64,000 nucleotides of DNA from an uncultured delta proteobacterium (lineage in GTDB: Bacteria; Myxococcota; Myxococcia; Myxococcales; 40CM-4-68-19), in the NCBI GenBank assembly GCA_903911145.1, contig CAIWCD010000013.1:372001-436000 (forward strand), given 5' to 3'. The position numbers and the translations under genes were made by a program. Positions 48,309 to 57,927 of the stretch are shown here, in pieces; positions within the stretch are counted from its first letter, which is position 1, and each line of letters begins with the position of its first letter. A model generated the notes under the pieces. It made no database searches. It saw only the letters and a list, made by a program, of their open reading frames with translations, and was not told the origin of the DNA.

Positions 48309-49514
48309 GTGCTGATCCGCTGCGACAAGTGCCTCGCCCAGTTCTCGCTGCAGGACGGCGTCGTGCGTGGAGCGCGAGGGGAGATCCCCGCGACGTTTGC
48401 CGTCGAGTGCGGCCGCTGCGGCGCGACGTTTCAGGCCACAACGGCGGCGAGCGGCAACTCGGTTCCGCCCAGCCGCAGGACGCCAGCGCCGACGCCCTCG
48501 AAGTCGCGGGCAGCCACCAGCCGCGCCAGCGAAGCGAACGATGCCGCTGGCAGCGCACCCACGAGCGCGACGCTCGCGCGCACGCTCAAGCCCAAGCGCC
48601 CCGACGAGAGCGCCGATGACGATCCCTACACACGCGCGATGAGCGAACGCGCGGCGCGGCGCAAGAAGGTCATCGCAGGAGTCGTGGTTCTCGCCGTCAT
48701 CGCCAGCGCGTGGCTCGCTGTGCCACTGCTGCGCAAGCGATTCGGCGGCATTCCTGCGGCCGCGCAGACGAAGCTCGCCAAGGCGCAGGAGAAGTTGCTC
48801 CTCGATGATGCCGCGAGCCTCGAAGCCGCGGCGGATCTCGATCAGCAGGCAGCCCGTCTCGCGCCCGGGGAAGCCCGTCCTGAGGGCGAACGCGCATTCG
48901 CGCTGATGCTCCTGGCTGGAGCACACAAGGATCTCGCCGACCGCGCCGAGAGCCGCGCCAAAAAGATCGCCGATGCGATCGTCAAGCAGCAAGCGGAGAA
49001 GGCCGACGGCTGGGAGAAAAGGGTCGCGGCGCTCATCGACCAGACCAAGCAACTCGACAGCCAGCGCGAACCGCACGTGCGCGACGCGAATCGGCTTGAG
49101 CAGCAGGGGCTCTCCGCCGCGAAGGCCGCGCTCGAGGAAGATCCGGACGAGCCGGCGGCTCTTCGCGCGATGGGCCTCTATAGCGCATACGGAGACGCGG
49201 CCGAGCGTGGCGCGCGGTTCGTCGACAAGGCCGCGCATGCGAATCCAACGGATGGGCTGACGAACTACGTCCGCGCGCAGCTCTGGCTCTGCGGGAGCCC
49301 ATCGAAAGAGAAGCAGGAGCAAGGCCTCGCCCAGCTCGCCCTCGCGCGCGAGGCCCAGCCTCACCTGCTGCGCGCGCTCTACGACTCCGCCGCGATCGAG
49401 GTCGAACGCCAGCAGTTCGGCCCCGCGCGAGAGAAACTCGACAAGCTGCTCGCGGCGAATCCTGCGCACGAGCGCGCCCAGGCTCTGCGCGCGCTGATCG
49501 CCGCCGCTCCCTGA
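48309..49514 (+). CDS. Zinc-ribbon (MJ0042-type) single-TM protein with periplasmic helical/TPR region
   Basis: MLIRCDKC...VECGRCGATF, low-complexity linker, TM (VIAGVVVLAVIASAWLAV), TPR-like C-terminus; AGGAG RBS before GTG. Confidence 0.8.
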   Translation: MLIRCDKCLAQFSLQDGVVRGARGEIPATFAVECGRCGATFQATTAASGNSVPPSRRTPAPTPSKSRAATSRASEANDAAGSAPTSATLARTLKPKRPDESADDDPYTRAMSERAARRKKVIAGVVVLAVIASAWLAVPLLRKRFGGIPAAAQTKLAKAQEKLLLDDAASLEAAADLDQQAARLAPGEARPEGERAFALMLLAGAHKDLADRAESRAKKIADAIVKQQAEKADGWEKRVAALIDQTKQLDSQREPHVRDANRLEQQGLSAAKAALEEDPDEPAALRAMGLYSAYGDAAERGARFVDKAAHANPTDGLTNYVRAQLWLCGSPSKEKQEQGLAQLALAREAQPHLLRALYDSAAIEVERQQFGPAREKLDKLLAANPAHERAQALRALIAAAP

Positions 49515-49628
49515 CTCAGCGCTACGCCTTGATGGGCTAAGACTCGTGCGCAACCGCGGATACGCCTGCCCGCAGTGCGCGCAGAGGCTCGGCCCGCTCA
49601 AATCCGACGATCGCGCTCAAGCGCGGAC

Positions 49629-49664
49629 AAAAAAGAAGGCCCGGCTGTCTCACACAGCCGGGCC
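49629..49664 (-). terminator. Intrinsic terminator downstream of the tRNA pair
   Basis: 11-bp stem GGCCCGGCTGT/ACAGCCGGGCC followed on the minus strand by TTCTTTTTT. Confidence 0.88.
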
Positions 49665-49669
49665 CGAGA

Positions 49670-49745
49670 TGGTGACCCCAACGGGATTCGAACCCATGTT
49701 TGAGGCGTGAGAGGCCTCCGTCCTAGGCCACTAGACGATGGGGCC
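49670..49745 (-). tRNA. tRNA-Glu (anticodon CUC)
   Basis: GGCCCCATCGTCTAGTGGCCTAGGAC...GAGGC-CTCTCAC-GCCTC...GGTTCGAATCC...GGGGTCACCA; 76 nt with encoded CCA. Confidence 0.97.
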
Positions 49746-49808
49746 AACTTTGCGCAACGTAGTCTTCACTTCTTCTTTCCCGCACCTCTGACAGGCGGGA
49801 CCAGCAGG

Positions 49809-49882
49809 TGGTTGGGGGACTAGGATTCGAACCTAGATAGTAGGAGTCAGAGTCCTACGTCCTGCCGTTAGACGATCCCCCA
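49809..49882 (-). tRNA. tRNA-Gln (anticodon CUG)
   Basis: TGGGGGATCGTCTAACGGCAGGAC...TAGGA-CTCTGAC-TCCTA...GGTTCGAATCC...CCCCCAACCA; 74 nt with encoded CCA. Confidence 0.97.
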
Positions 49883-49900
49883 GCAATTTCGGGGAGGCGC

Positions 49901-49930
49901 TAGGTAGCTCAACCCGCGCTGCGATGTCAA
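49901..49930 (-). promoter_or_regulatory. Candidate promoter of the tRNA-Gln/tRNA-Glu operon
   Basis: Perfect TTGACA (49930-49925), N18, TACCTA, then GC-rich discriminator-like GCGCCTCCCC just before tRNA-Gln. Confidence 0.5.
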
Positions 49931-50062
49931 GTGGAACATCTTGTTCTCTCCGAATACCGCGCACCGTTGTCGCGGCTGCTCTCGTCCATATCAAAGGAAA
50001 CTCGTTGCCCGCGTGGATGCGATCGGACTTGTCGGCCGAGCGCTGCTGCCACTGGACGAGAA

Positions 50063-50866
50063 TCAACTCTGGACCGCGCCCAGCCTGGTCCGGGCGCGCA
50101 GAGCGAGCGTCACCGCGCAGGAGAGAAAGAGCGCAGACCAGAACCCGACCTCGACCGGGGTCCGCCACCCGCGACGAGGAGAGACACCGTCCTCGAGCAC
50201 CCAGATGTCTCCCGTGCGCGAGAGCTCGGAGGCATCGGTGAACTGCCGGCGGATCGTGTCCCATTTGCTGCCCGCTTCCGCTCGGACGAGCCGTCCATCG
50301 CCCGCGTAGCGGAAGCCGAAACCGCGCAGCGACTCGTCTGGTGCCCGCGCGCGATCGACGAGGATGCGCGAGGCCATCAGCGGAAACAGCTCGTGCTCGC
50401 TGAACATGCTCGAGTAGTGCCCGCGCGTGGGCGACGCGATTCCCTCGACACGGGCGAACGCGCCGTCTCGCGCCTGGTCGAGCTGGTAGCCACCGACATG
50501 CCCGAGGTCGATCGGCGTCGCGCTCGAGGTCCAGTAACGAATCTCGGGAAGCAGCGAGCCCACCGACCAGGCCGCCAGCAGCATCACGCCCGCAAGGCCC
50601 CACGCGCTCAGCAGATGGCGCGTCTTCTGTTCGCGCGCGCTGACCGCGTAGCCGCGCCGCCGCGCCAGCCGCTGCCCGAGCGCCGTCCGCTTGAGCTCCT
50701 CGATACTCAGTTCGTCGTCCGCGAGCCCGTCGCGCGAGGCGTCCGCATTCGCCCCAGCGCTCGTCGCCGCCGAACCCGAAGCAACGACCGCGGGCGCCTC
50801 CCCGTCGTGGAATCGGCGAGCCAGCTCATCGAGATCGTGATCGCTCTGCGGCTTCGCGTCGGCCAT
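50063..50866 (-). CDS. Hypothetical membrane protein (two TMs flanking a soluble domain)
   Basis: GAGGA RBS before ATG 50866; TMs LLSAWGLAGVMLLAAWSV and VGFWSALFLSCAVTLAL. Confidence 0.72.
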   Translation of the reverse strand: MADAKPQSDHDLDELARRFHDGEAPAVVASGSAATSAGANADASRDGLADDELSIEELKRTALGQRLARRRGYAVSAREQKTRHLLSAWGLAGVMLLAAWSVGSLLPEIRYWTSSATPIDLGHVGGYQLDQARDGAFARVEGIASPTRGHYSSMFSEHELFPLMASRILVDRARAPDESLRGFGFRYAGDGRLVRAEAGSKWDTIRRQFTDASELSRTGDIWVLEDGVSPRRGWRTPVEVGFWSALFLSCAVTLALRARTRLGAVQS

Positions 50867-50959
50867 GAAAGTTCCTCTACCGCCGAAATGAAACGGGCGC
50901 GAACCATAGAGGTTCACGCCCGCGATACTGAGTAGACTACATCCAAAATCTCGATGGAC

Positions 50960-51448
50960 TCAGCAGTTGAAGATCGACTTGAGGTCCGACTCGATCGCAT
51001 CCTCGTTCACGCCCTTCGCGAGCGACAGCTCCTTGATGAGGAGGTTGCGCGCGGTGTCGAGCATCTTGCGCTCGCCGAACGAGAGGTCCTTGTCGAACTT
51101 GAGCAGGTAGAGGTCGCGCAGCACCTCCGCGATCTCGAACACGGAGCCGGTCTTGATCTTCTCCATGTACTCGCGGTAGCGGCGGTTCCAGGTGGCCGAG
51201 TCGACCGAGATGTCCTTCTGGCGAAGGATCCCATAGACCTTGACCACGGCCTTCTCGTCGATGAGCGAGCGGAGGCCGACAGAGCCGACCTTGTTGATGG
51301 GGATCAGGATTTTCATCCCGTTCTCCATGATCTTGAGCACATAGAACGACTGGCGCTGGCCAGCGATGTCCTTGTGCTCAATTCCCATCACTTCGCCAAC
51401 GCCCTGGCCCGGGTAAACAGCCTTGTCGCCAACGTTAAAGGTCTGCAT
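50960..51448 (-). CDS. cdnL: CarD/CdnL-family RNA-polymerase-binding regulator
   Basis: GDKAVYPGQGVGEV, WNRRYREYMEKIKTGSVFEIAEVLRDL, LSFGERKMLDTAR; no AT-hook tail, so CdnL rather than myxobacterial CarD. Confidence 0.95.
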   Translation of the reverse strand: MQTFNVGDKAVYPGQGVGEVMGIEHKDIAGQRQSFYVLKIMENGMKILIPINKVGSVGLRSLIDEKAVVKVYGILRQKDISVDSATWNRRYREYMEKIKTGSVFEIAEVLRDLYLLKFDKDLSFGERKMLDTARNLLIKELSLAKGVNEDAIESDLKSIFNC

Positions 51449-51455
51449 GTCTTGA

Positions 51456-51485
51456 AGAATAACACGGTGAGGCCGTATGCGTCAA
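51456..51485 (-). promoter_or_regulatory. Candidate sigma70 promoter of cdnL (leaderless geometry)
   Basis: TTGACG-N18-TATTCT with extended TG; only 7 nt separate the -10 hexamer from the ATG; no Shine-Dalgarno. Confidence 0.5.
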
Positions 51486-51633
51486 CTCAGTCTCTTGACG
51501 GAGCTTTCCAGCGGGGTGTAGCATTGCGGGTTCGGGGTTCGCTTTGAAGACTGCGCAGGGGGCCTGACGAGGCCTGCGCCACCAACGTTCCGCCCGCGCG
51601 CGAGACCCGCCACATCCAGCAAGGAAGTTCAAG

Positions 51634-54153
51634 ATGGGCGCGCGGCCGTTGGCGGTCGCGTCGGCGCTGTTTCTGGCCGGCGCGTGGGCGGGTCTCTGTG
51701 CGACGAATCTCTCTGCACTCGGGGTGGCCGCCGTGGCGCTCCTGCTGCTTGCGACGGCGCTCTGGCGGCTGGCGTCGCGAGAGGATGCAGGCTGGGCGCG
51801 GACCGTAGCGTCTCTCGCCCTCGCGTTCGCGCTGGGGCTTGCGCGCGGAGCTGCTGCGCCCCGTGCTGCCGACGACCCGTCGCTCTTCGCCTGGCTCGAC
51901 GACACGCGCGCGGCGCAGAGCGGTCGCGAGCCGCTCTCGATAGAGGGGCTCATCGAAGAGAGCACGTTCGTCCCCGAGGGCGCGCGGCTCGACGTTCTCA
52001 TCGAGCGGCGGGAGACAAACCCAGGAAGCGCGCTGACGCAGGCTGCGCCTGGGCTGCGTGCGATTCTGTCGGGGCCGCGCTCGTTGCACCGAGGGGATCG
52101 CGTGCGCGTGCTCGCCCGCCTGCATCGGCCCGAGCCGCAGCGGAATCCAGGCGGTCGCGACCTGCGCACGGAGTTGCGGCACCGGGGAATCGCGCTGGTC
52201 GGTTCGCTTGACGCGAATGGAATCGAGGTGCTCGCGCCCGGTCCCCTTCTCTGGCGAATGCTCGATGAGTTACGCGATTACTTTGCGAAGCGATGCGCAG
52301 AGATCTGCACGTCGCCGCAGCGAGCAGCGCTGGTGTCCTCGCTGGGAGTGGGCGATCGCGCCGGCCTTGATGTCGTGACCGAAGAGGCGCTCGTCGACAG
52401 CGGACTCATCCACCTGCTCTCGTCCTCGGGCCTGCACCTCGCGGTCGCGACCGTGCTCGCGGCGAGTCTCCTGCGCGCGCTGCTCCTGAAGTTCGCATGG
52501 GCACGTCGGCGCAGAGCGTCGTCGCTCGCCGCGCTTCTCGCGCTCCCCTTCATCGCCGCGCAGATTCTCCTCCTCGGCGCACCATGGCCTGCCCTGCGCG
52601 CGGGACTTGCGGCGGCGCTGGCGCTCACCGCACCCCTGCTGTCCCGGCGGTTCGATTCGCTGACCGGCCTGCTGCTCGGAATCTGTCTCTGCGGTGCTCT
52701 CGAACCTGCCTCGGTCGAGGGACTGCCCCTCTTGCTCTCGTTCACCGGCGTACTCGGGCTCATCCTCCTCGCCCCACGGTTGCGCGAAATGATTCCACTT
52801 CGCAGACCACCGCCGGGAGCGACTCTGCGCGCCCATCCGATCGCTGTCGCGCGAGAGGAGTTCATCCGACTCGCCTGCGCGAGTGCCGCGGCGACGCTCT
52901 GCACCGCGCCCATCATGGCCGCCTCGTTCCACCGGGTCTCGCTGATCGCCGCGCTCGCGAACGCCGTCGGCCTCTGGCCCGGGCTCTGTGCTCTGCCCCT
53001 CGCGTCTCTCGCGGTTCCGCTGGAGAGCCTCGGTCACGCGCTCAACCTGCCGCTCGCCCTTCCGCTGGTCTGGGCCGCCGATGGCCTCGCTGGCCTTGTG
53101 CTCTTCTTCGCGCGCGCCTTCGCCTCGCTGCCTGTTGCGGCGATTGCGCTGCCCGCGCCCGGCATCGTCGTGAGTGGCCTCTGGATCCTCGCGCTCGCAC
53201 TGCTCGCTGGTCTCCCGGCGCCATGGGCGGTAACCGCAAACCCGCTCTCCGCCCGCCCGCGAACGCTCGCCCTTCGCGCCGCCGTCCCTCTCGCTCTCCT
53301 TGCGTGCGTGGTCTTCGCGAGGCATGCGGCAGCGCAAGCGGAGGGGCGCCTTGATGCGATCTTCCTCTCAGTCGGCGAGGGGGACGCCACGATCGTCCGC
53401 TTCCCCGACGGCAGCGCGATGCTCGTCGACGGAGGCGGGGACTTGCGCGACCTGCCAGCGCCCGAGGGGCTCGCGCGAATTGATCCGGGCAGCCGCGACG
53501 TCGTTCCCGCACTCTCCGAGTTGGGGATCTCCCGGCTCGATGTGATCGTGCTCTCGCATCCGCATCCCGATCACGCCGGTGGCCTCTTCTCTGTTCTGCG
53601 CGCGATGCCGGTGGGCGAACTCTGGCTGACCGGCGAGCCTGGCCCGCTTGACATCGGCGGCAGACTCGCGCGCGCAGCGAACGAACGAGGAGTCCCCGTG
53701 CGCACGCCCAGGCCAGGAGAAGTCTGGACGAGATCAGACGCGCGGGTCGAAGTGCTCGCGCCCGATCCTGGTTGGCGCACGGAGAGGAGCACGAATGACA
53801 ACTCGCTCGTGCTGCGCGTCGTCCACGGAGAGACTGCGCTGCTGCTCGCGGGAGACGTGGAAGCGCTCGCCGAAGCGCAGCTTGCACAGGGGACAAGGCC
53901 GCTGCACGCGCAGCTGCTCAAAGCCGGTCACCACGGCAGCCGTACGTCCAGCACCGACGCATTCCTGCGCGCTGTTGCACCCGCGACTGTCGTCTTCTCG
54001 ATGGGAACGCAGAACCCGTTCGGCTTCCCGCACCCGGACGTGGTCGCGCGCGCAGAGGCGCTGGGGGCGCGGACGATGAGAACCGATCAGGGAGCCGTGA
54101 TCGCGGAGAGCGACGGCCGGGTGCTTCGCGTCCACTCGTTCGCGCTGCCGTGA
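51634..54153 (+). CDS. comEC: DNA internalization competence protein ComEC/Rec2
   Basis: RNPGG.D, SGLIHLLSSSGLHL competence motif, many TMs, MBL domain (VGEGDA, SHPHPDHAGG, NDNSLVL, KAGHHGSRTSS, FGFPHP). Confidence 0.93.
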   Translation: MGARPLAVASALFLAGAWAGLCATNLSALGVAAVALLLLATALWRLASREDAGWARTVASLALAFALGLARGAAAPRAADDPSLFAWLDDTRAAQSGREPLSIEGLIEESTFVPEGARLDVLIERRETNPGSALTQAAPGLRAILSGPRSLHRGDRVRVLARLHRPEPQRNPGGRDLRTELRHRGIALVGSLDANGIEVLAPGPLLWRMLDELRDYFAKRCAEICTSPQRAALVSSLGVGDRAGLDVVTEEALVDSGLIHLLSSSGLHLAVATVLAASLLRALLLKFAWARRRRASSLAALLALPFIAAQILLLGAPWPALRAGLAAALALTAPLLSRRFDSLTGLLLGICLCGALEPASVEGLPLLLSFTGVLGLILLAPRLREMIPLRRPPPGATLRAHPIAVAREEFIRLACASAAATLCTAPIMAASFHRVSLIAALANAVGLWPGLCALPLASLAVPLESLGHALNLPLALPLVWAADGLAGLVLFFARAFASLPVAAIALPAPGIVVSGLWILALALLAGLPAPWAVTANPLSARPRTLALRAAVPLALLACVVFARHAAAQAEGRLDAIFLSVGEGDATIVRFPDGSAMLVDGGGDLRDLPAPEGLARIDPGSRDVVPALSELGISRLDVIVLSHPHPDHAGGLFSVLRAMPVGELWLTGEPGPLDIGGRLARAANERGVPVRTPRPGEVWTRSDARVEVLAPDPGWRTERSTNDNSLVLRVVHGETALLLAGDVEALAEAQLAQGTRPLHAQLLKAGHHGSRTSSTDAFLRAVAPATVVFSMGTQNPFGFPHPDVVARAEALGARTMRTDQGAVIAESDGRVLRVHSFALP

Positions 54154-54168
54154 ACCCGAGACGGCGCG

Positions 54169-54933
54169 CTACTCGACGAAGCGGAATGTCCCGAATCGAT
54201 CGACAGCGTGGAAGTCGCCGATCAACGGCGGACGAAACGCCTGTCCCTCGCCAGGCTGCCCGGGCCCCTGGCGCAGCCGATAAAGATTGAATCGCCATTC
54301 ATCGCCCGCCTGTGGGCGGGGCCGCGGCATGCCCGGAAGGGTCGCAAACGGGATCGCCAACTCGGCAGACCAGCCGCGGTCGACATCCCGCGCATCGTTG
54401 AGCGTTCCATCGAGATGCACGCCGTGGCGCGCCCCGGAAGACCAGGCGAGGTCCATTCCCTGCCGGCGGCCCGTGAAGGTCGCGTCGAAGAGCGCGTTCG
54501 CCGGGTTCAATTCGATCTCGGCGTAGCGTTTGAGATCGCCGCTCGGATTGATGAAGATCTCGACGACGTTCGACGTGTAGAGCTGCTCGTCGTCCTTGAA
54601 GAACGGTGTCGCGATGTTGGTGTCCTCGGACGTGAACCCGACGTAGAGATTCTCGTCGTCCCAGAGGATGCGCGCCTCCGTCATCGCGGTGGCCGGGCGT
54701 CCATCCATGCTGCGCACGAGAGGACCCGCCCTGCCCGCGCGGCTCCACGATGCTTCATCGAGCAATCCGTCCGCAACGATCGGTCCGCGCGCACGGTGGA
54801 CGAGATAGGTCTCGTCGCCTGGCGGCTTCGCGGCGCACGCAGCGAGCGCACAAAATGCTAGCGTGAGGACGGGCGCGGGGCTTCGACGGAGGGGAGGAAG
54901 CACAGCGGAGAGGGGACGCGGGAAGAGGATCAT
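54169..54933 (-). CDS. Carbohydrate-binding family 9-like (DOMON-like) lipoprotein
   Basis: Lipobox LAAC; ADGLLDEASW, ARILWDDENLYVGF, VEIFINP, WSAELAIPF, WRFNLYR. Confidence 0.82.
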   Translation of the reverse strand: MILFPRPLSAVLPPLRRSPAPVLTLAFCALAACAAKPPGDETYLVHRARGPIVADGLLDEASWSRAGRAGPLVRSMDGRPATAMTEARILWDDENLYVGFTSEDTNIATPFFKDDEQLYTSNVVEIFINPSGDLKRYAEIELNPANALFDATFTGRRQGMDLAWSSGARHGVHLDGTLNDARDVDRGWSAELAIPFATLPGMPRPRPQAGDEWRFNLYRLRQGPGQPGEGQAFRPPLIGDFHAVDRFGTFRFVE

Positions 54934-55040
54934 CGCGGCAGACCTTGCCCCGATTTTGCGCGCGCCTCAAGCAGCAGGATTGCTAGAGACGCAACGGCGA
55001 ACTGGGCGGAGCAGGTCGCACATCAAGCGAGGCGGAAGAA

Positions 55041-57377
55041 GTGCCAGGCGATCGGCGAAAGAGAGGAGCGGCGCGCAGCGAGTTCGATCGCGCGCGAGAA
55101 ACGCTCAAGGCTGCGGCCGAGGCGGGCGAACTCGGGCCGGAGCTCGTTGCGGCCCTGCGCACCATCGGCGAGTCTCTCGATCGGGCAGACGCGAGGAGAC
55201 GCGAAGAGCCCGGCGCGGGAGTGCAGTCGCGCGCCAAGGATGTCGAGCAGGAGATCCTCGAGGAGCTCAGCAGCTGGCTTGCGCCGAAGAGTCAACCGCC
55301 ACCGTCCCTCAACCCCTTCCCGATGCCCGACGGGGGCGAGCCCGACGCGGTTGCGCTGCCGAGTGCGGATGAAGCGGAGAGCGCGGGCGACCTCGTCGAG
55401 CGGCTCGTCGCCGAGCGCGAATCCGCCCAGAGCACGCTCCAGGCCTGGGCCGCCGAGTTGCGCCGTGCACGCGCGCGCCTCTCCGATGCGATCGATTCGC
55501 TCGACGCAGGCTTCCTCATGTTCGGTCCGGATGAGCGGCTGATCGTCTGCAATCGGCGTTACCGCGAGCTCTATCCGGACATCGCGCCCTTCATGGAGCC
55601 AGGAGAAACGCTCTCGGAGATCTCGCGGCGCTGGCTGGCCTCCCTCGGCGGCGTCGCGCCCGATGGCCAGACGAGCGAGGCCTGGATCGAGCGGCGCCTG
55701 GCGCAGCATCGTCACGAGCCGCGCGAGCAGCTCGAGGAGCAGCACCTCGGACGGTGGATTCGCATCAGCGATCGCAGCACGCAGGACGGTGGTCTGGTCA
55801 GCCTGCACACCGACATCACGAGTCTCAAGCAGCAGGGAGAAGAGCTGCGGCGCGCGCGCGATGCGGCGGAGGCGGCGAATCTCGCGAAGAGCGAGTTCCT
55901 CGCCAACATGAGCCACGAAATCCGCACGCCGATGAATGGCGTGCTCGGCATGACCGACCTCGCGCTCGACACGACCCTCACGCCCGAGCAGCGCGAATAT
56001 CTCCAGCTCATCAAGACATCGGCGCGCAACCTGCTCGGCGTCATCAATGACGTGCTCGACTTCTCCAAGCTGGAAGCGGGCCGGATGACGATGGAGAAGG
56101 CCGAGTTCTCTCTCTCCGACGCGCTCGAGGGGGAGCTGCGGACGCTCGCGGTGCGCGCGCAGCAGAAGGGACTCATCCTGCGCTTCGGCTGGAACTCCGA
56201 GGTGCCCGATGCGCTGACCGGCGACCCACTGCGGCTGCGGCAGATCCTCGTCAATCTGCTCGGCAACGCGATCAAGTTCACCGATCGAGGAGAGGTCGTG
56301 CTCTCGATTTCGCCCGCACCGATGGATGGCGACGCGGGCGACATCGTGCGATTGCGCTTCGCTGTGCGCGACACGGGAATCGGCATCGCCGAGGAGAAGC
56401 AGCAGCAGATCTTCGAGGCGTTCACGCAGGCCGACAGCTCGACGACGCGCCGTTTCGGCGGCACCGGTCTGGGCCTGACGATCTCCTCCCGCCTGGTCGA
56501 ACAGATGGGCGGCAAGCTGAAGGTGGAGAGCGAACCCGGACAAGGGAGCACGTTCTCGTTCGTCGTCGCATTCGGACGCGGAATGGTGTCGCGCAAACCG
56601 AGTTCGTTCGAGAGGCTGCAGGCGATCAGCAGCGCCGCGATCGGCGTGCGCCTGAATGTGCTCATCGCGGAGGATCAGCCGGTCAACCAGCTCTACGTGC
56701 GGCGGCTGCTCGAGACGCTCGGCCACGCGCCGACGATGGTCACCAACGGACGGGCCGCGGTGGAGGCCTGCGCGCGCGAGCGGTTCGACCTGGTGCTGAT
56801 GGACGTGCAGATGCCCGTGATGAATGGTCTCGACGCGACAGTGCAGATCCGTGCGCACGAGGCGGCAGCAGGCCTTGCGCGCACGCCGGTCTGGGCACTG
56901 ACGGCGCACGCGATGGCCGGCGACGAGGAGAAGTGCCGTGCGGCCGGGATGGACGGCTACCTGACCAAGCCGCTCGATCGCAGCGCACTGCTCGGCGCGC
57001 TGACGGCCGTCGCGAACAACCTCGACGAAGCGTCGCGAACGGCGACTCGAGAAAGGCCGGTCCACGACCTGCAGGCCGCGCTGGATGCGCTCGGCGGCGA
57101 TCGCGCGCTGATCAAGGAGCTCGCGCAGCTGGGGCTCACGGAGCTGCCGACCCTCGTCGCCAATATCCGGACAGCGCCTGGTCGTTCGGCGCGAGTGAGC
57201 GCCGCACATTCGCTCAAAGGGGCTGCGGCAAACCTCGCGCTGCCCAGACTGAGCCAGGCCGCGAGCTCGATCGAACTCGCGACGGATGAAGCGCAGCTCG
57301 TCCCGCAACTGGACCGTCTCGATGAGGAGGTCGCGGCCGCGCTCGACACGCTGGGCGCTCTCGCCCGCACGCCGTGA
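55041..57377 (+). CDS. Cytoplasmic hybrid sensor histidine kinase (PAS-HisKA-HATPase-REC-Hpt)
   Basis: PAS (ERLIVCNRRY...DGGLVSLHTDIT), FLANMSHEIRTPMNG, NLLGNAIKFT, DTGIGI, GGTGLGL, REC (AEDQ, LMDVQMP, KP), Hpt AHSLKGAA. Start uncertain. Confidence 0.92.
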   Translation: MPGDRRKRGAARSEFDRARETLKAAAEAGELGPELVAALRTIGESLDRADARRREEPGAGVQSRAKDVEQEILEELSSWLAPKSQPPPSLNPFPMPDGGEPDAVALPSADEAESAGDLVERLVAERESAQSTLQAWAAELRRARARLSDAIDSLDAGFLMFGPDERLIVCNRRYRELYPDIAPFMEPGETLSEISRRWLASLGGVAPDGQTSEAWIERRLAQHRHEPREQLEEQHLGRWIRISDRSTQDGGLVSLHTDITSLKQQGEELRRARDAAEAANLAKSEFLANMSHEIRTPMNGVLGMTDLALDTTLTPEQREYLQLIKTSARNLLGVINDVLDFSKLEAGRMTMEKAEFSLSDALEGELRTLAVRAQQKGLILRFGWNSEVPDALTGDPLRLRQILVNLLGNAIKFTDRGEVVLSISPAPMDGDAGDIVRLRFAVRDTGIGIAEEKQQQIFEAFTQADSSTTRRFGGTGLGLTISSRLVEQMGGKLKVESEPGQGSTFSFVVAFGRGMVSRKPSSFERLQAISSAAIGVRLNVLIAEDQPVNQLYVRRLLETLGHAPTMVTNGRAAVEACARERFDLVLMDVQMPVMNGLDATVQIRAHEAAAGLARTPVWALTAHAMAGDEEKCRAAGMDGYLTKPLDRSALLGALTAVANNLDEASRTATRERPVHDLQAALDALGGDRALIKELAQLGLTELPTLVANIRTAPGRSARVSAAHSLKGAAANLALPRLSQAASSIELATDEAQLVPQLDRLDEEVAAALDTLGALARTP

Positions 57378-57401
57378 ACCACGTTCAACCGAGCGATGCG
57401 A

Positions 57402-57821
57402 CTACTCTGCCGAGAGTCCGGCCGCCGTTACGATCAACCGGCAGAGTCGCTCGTGGTCCGCGAGCATGCTCGTGAACTGGAAGGCGCCGCGCCGGGTCCG
57501 CACTGCGTAGCTGGTACCGACGAGACTCGGATGCACGTCGACGCCGAGGATCTCGCTGAACGCGATATGCCGCTCGACGCCGATGGTGCGGACAGTGAGC
57601 CCACGCTCGCCGACCGTGTATGCGAGCCGTCCGTAGAACCAGGCGCAGGTGCTGAAGAGCAGAATGAAGAACGCGGCCGAGCAGAAGGTCGAGCCGCTTG
57701 CGCCGCGATACTGGAGGAGCATGCAGAAGATCGCGATCCAGAGCGCGTCGGCGGCCAGCACCAGCGCGCGCAGGAGCATCCGGGTGCGAAACGTTTCCGG
57801 CGCTGGAGTCGATCGCTCCAT
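57402..57821 (-). CDS. Small membrane protein with bacterial PH-like C-terminal domain
   Basis: Two TM helices then YTVGERGLTVRT...IAFSEI. Confidence 0.6.
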   Translation of the reverse strand: MERSTPAPETFRTRMLLRALVLAADALWIAIFCMLLQYRGASGSTFCSAAFFILLFSTCAWFYGRLAYTVGERGLTVRTIGVERHIAFSEILGVDVHPSLVGTSYAVRTRRGAFQFTSMLADHERLCRLIVTAAGLSAE

Positions 57822-57927
57822 GCCGCAACGATAGCGACGAGGCGGGGCCGAGGCAAACGCGGTTGATGTCGCGGCCGCACCCGGCGCATGGTTCGCTGCG
57901 GATTTCGCAGTCGGCGAGAGTGCAGAC

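Noticed and set aside
49670..49882. tRNA pair as integration site for an island
   Set aside because: No integrase and no duplicated tRNA 3' end seen in the window; flanks are ordinary genes and a terminator.
54169..54933. CBM9-like lipoprotein as part of the cellulose system
   Set aside because: More than 22 kb from bcs among unrelated genes; no sequence evidence for a link.
55023..57308. 761-aa minus-strand ORF (and 57385-59229, 61329-63167)
   Set aside because: Shadow frames of the histidine kinase, glnE and the response regulator.
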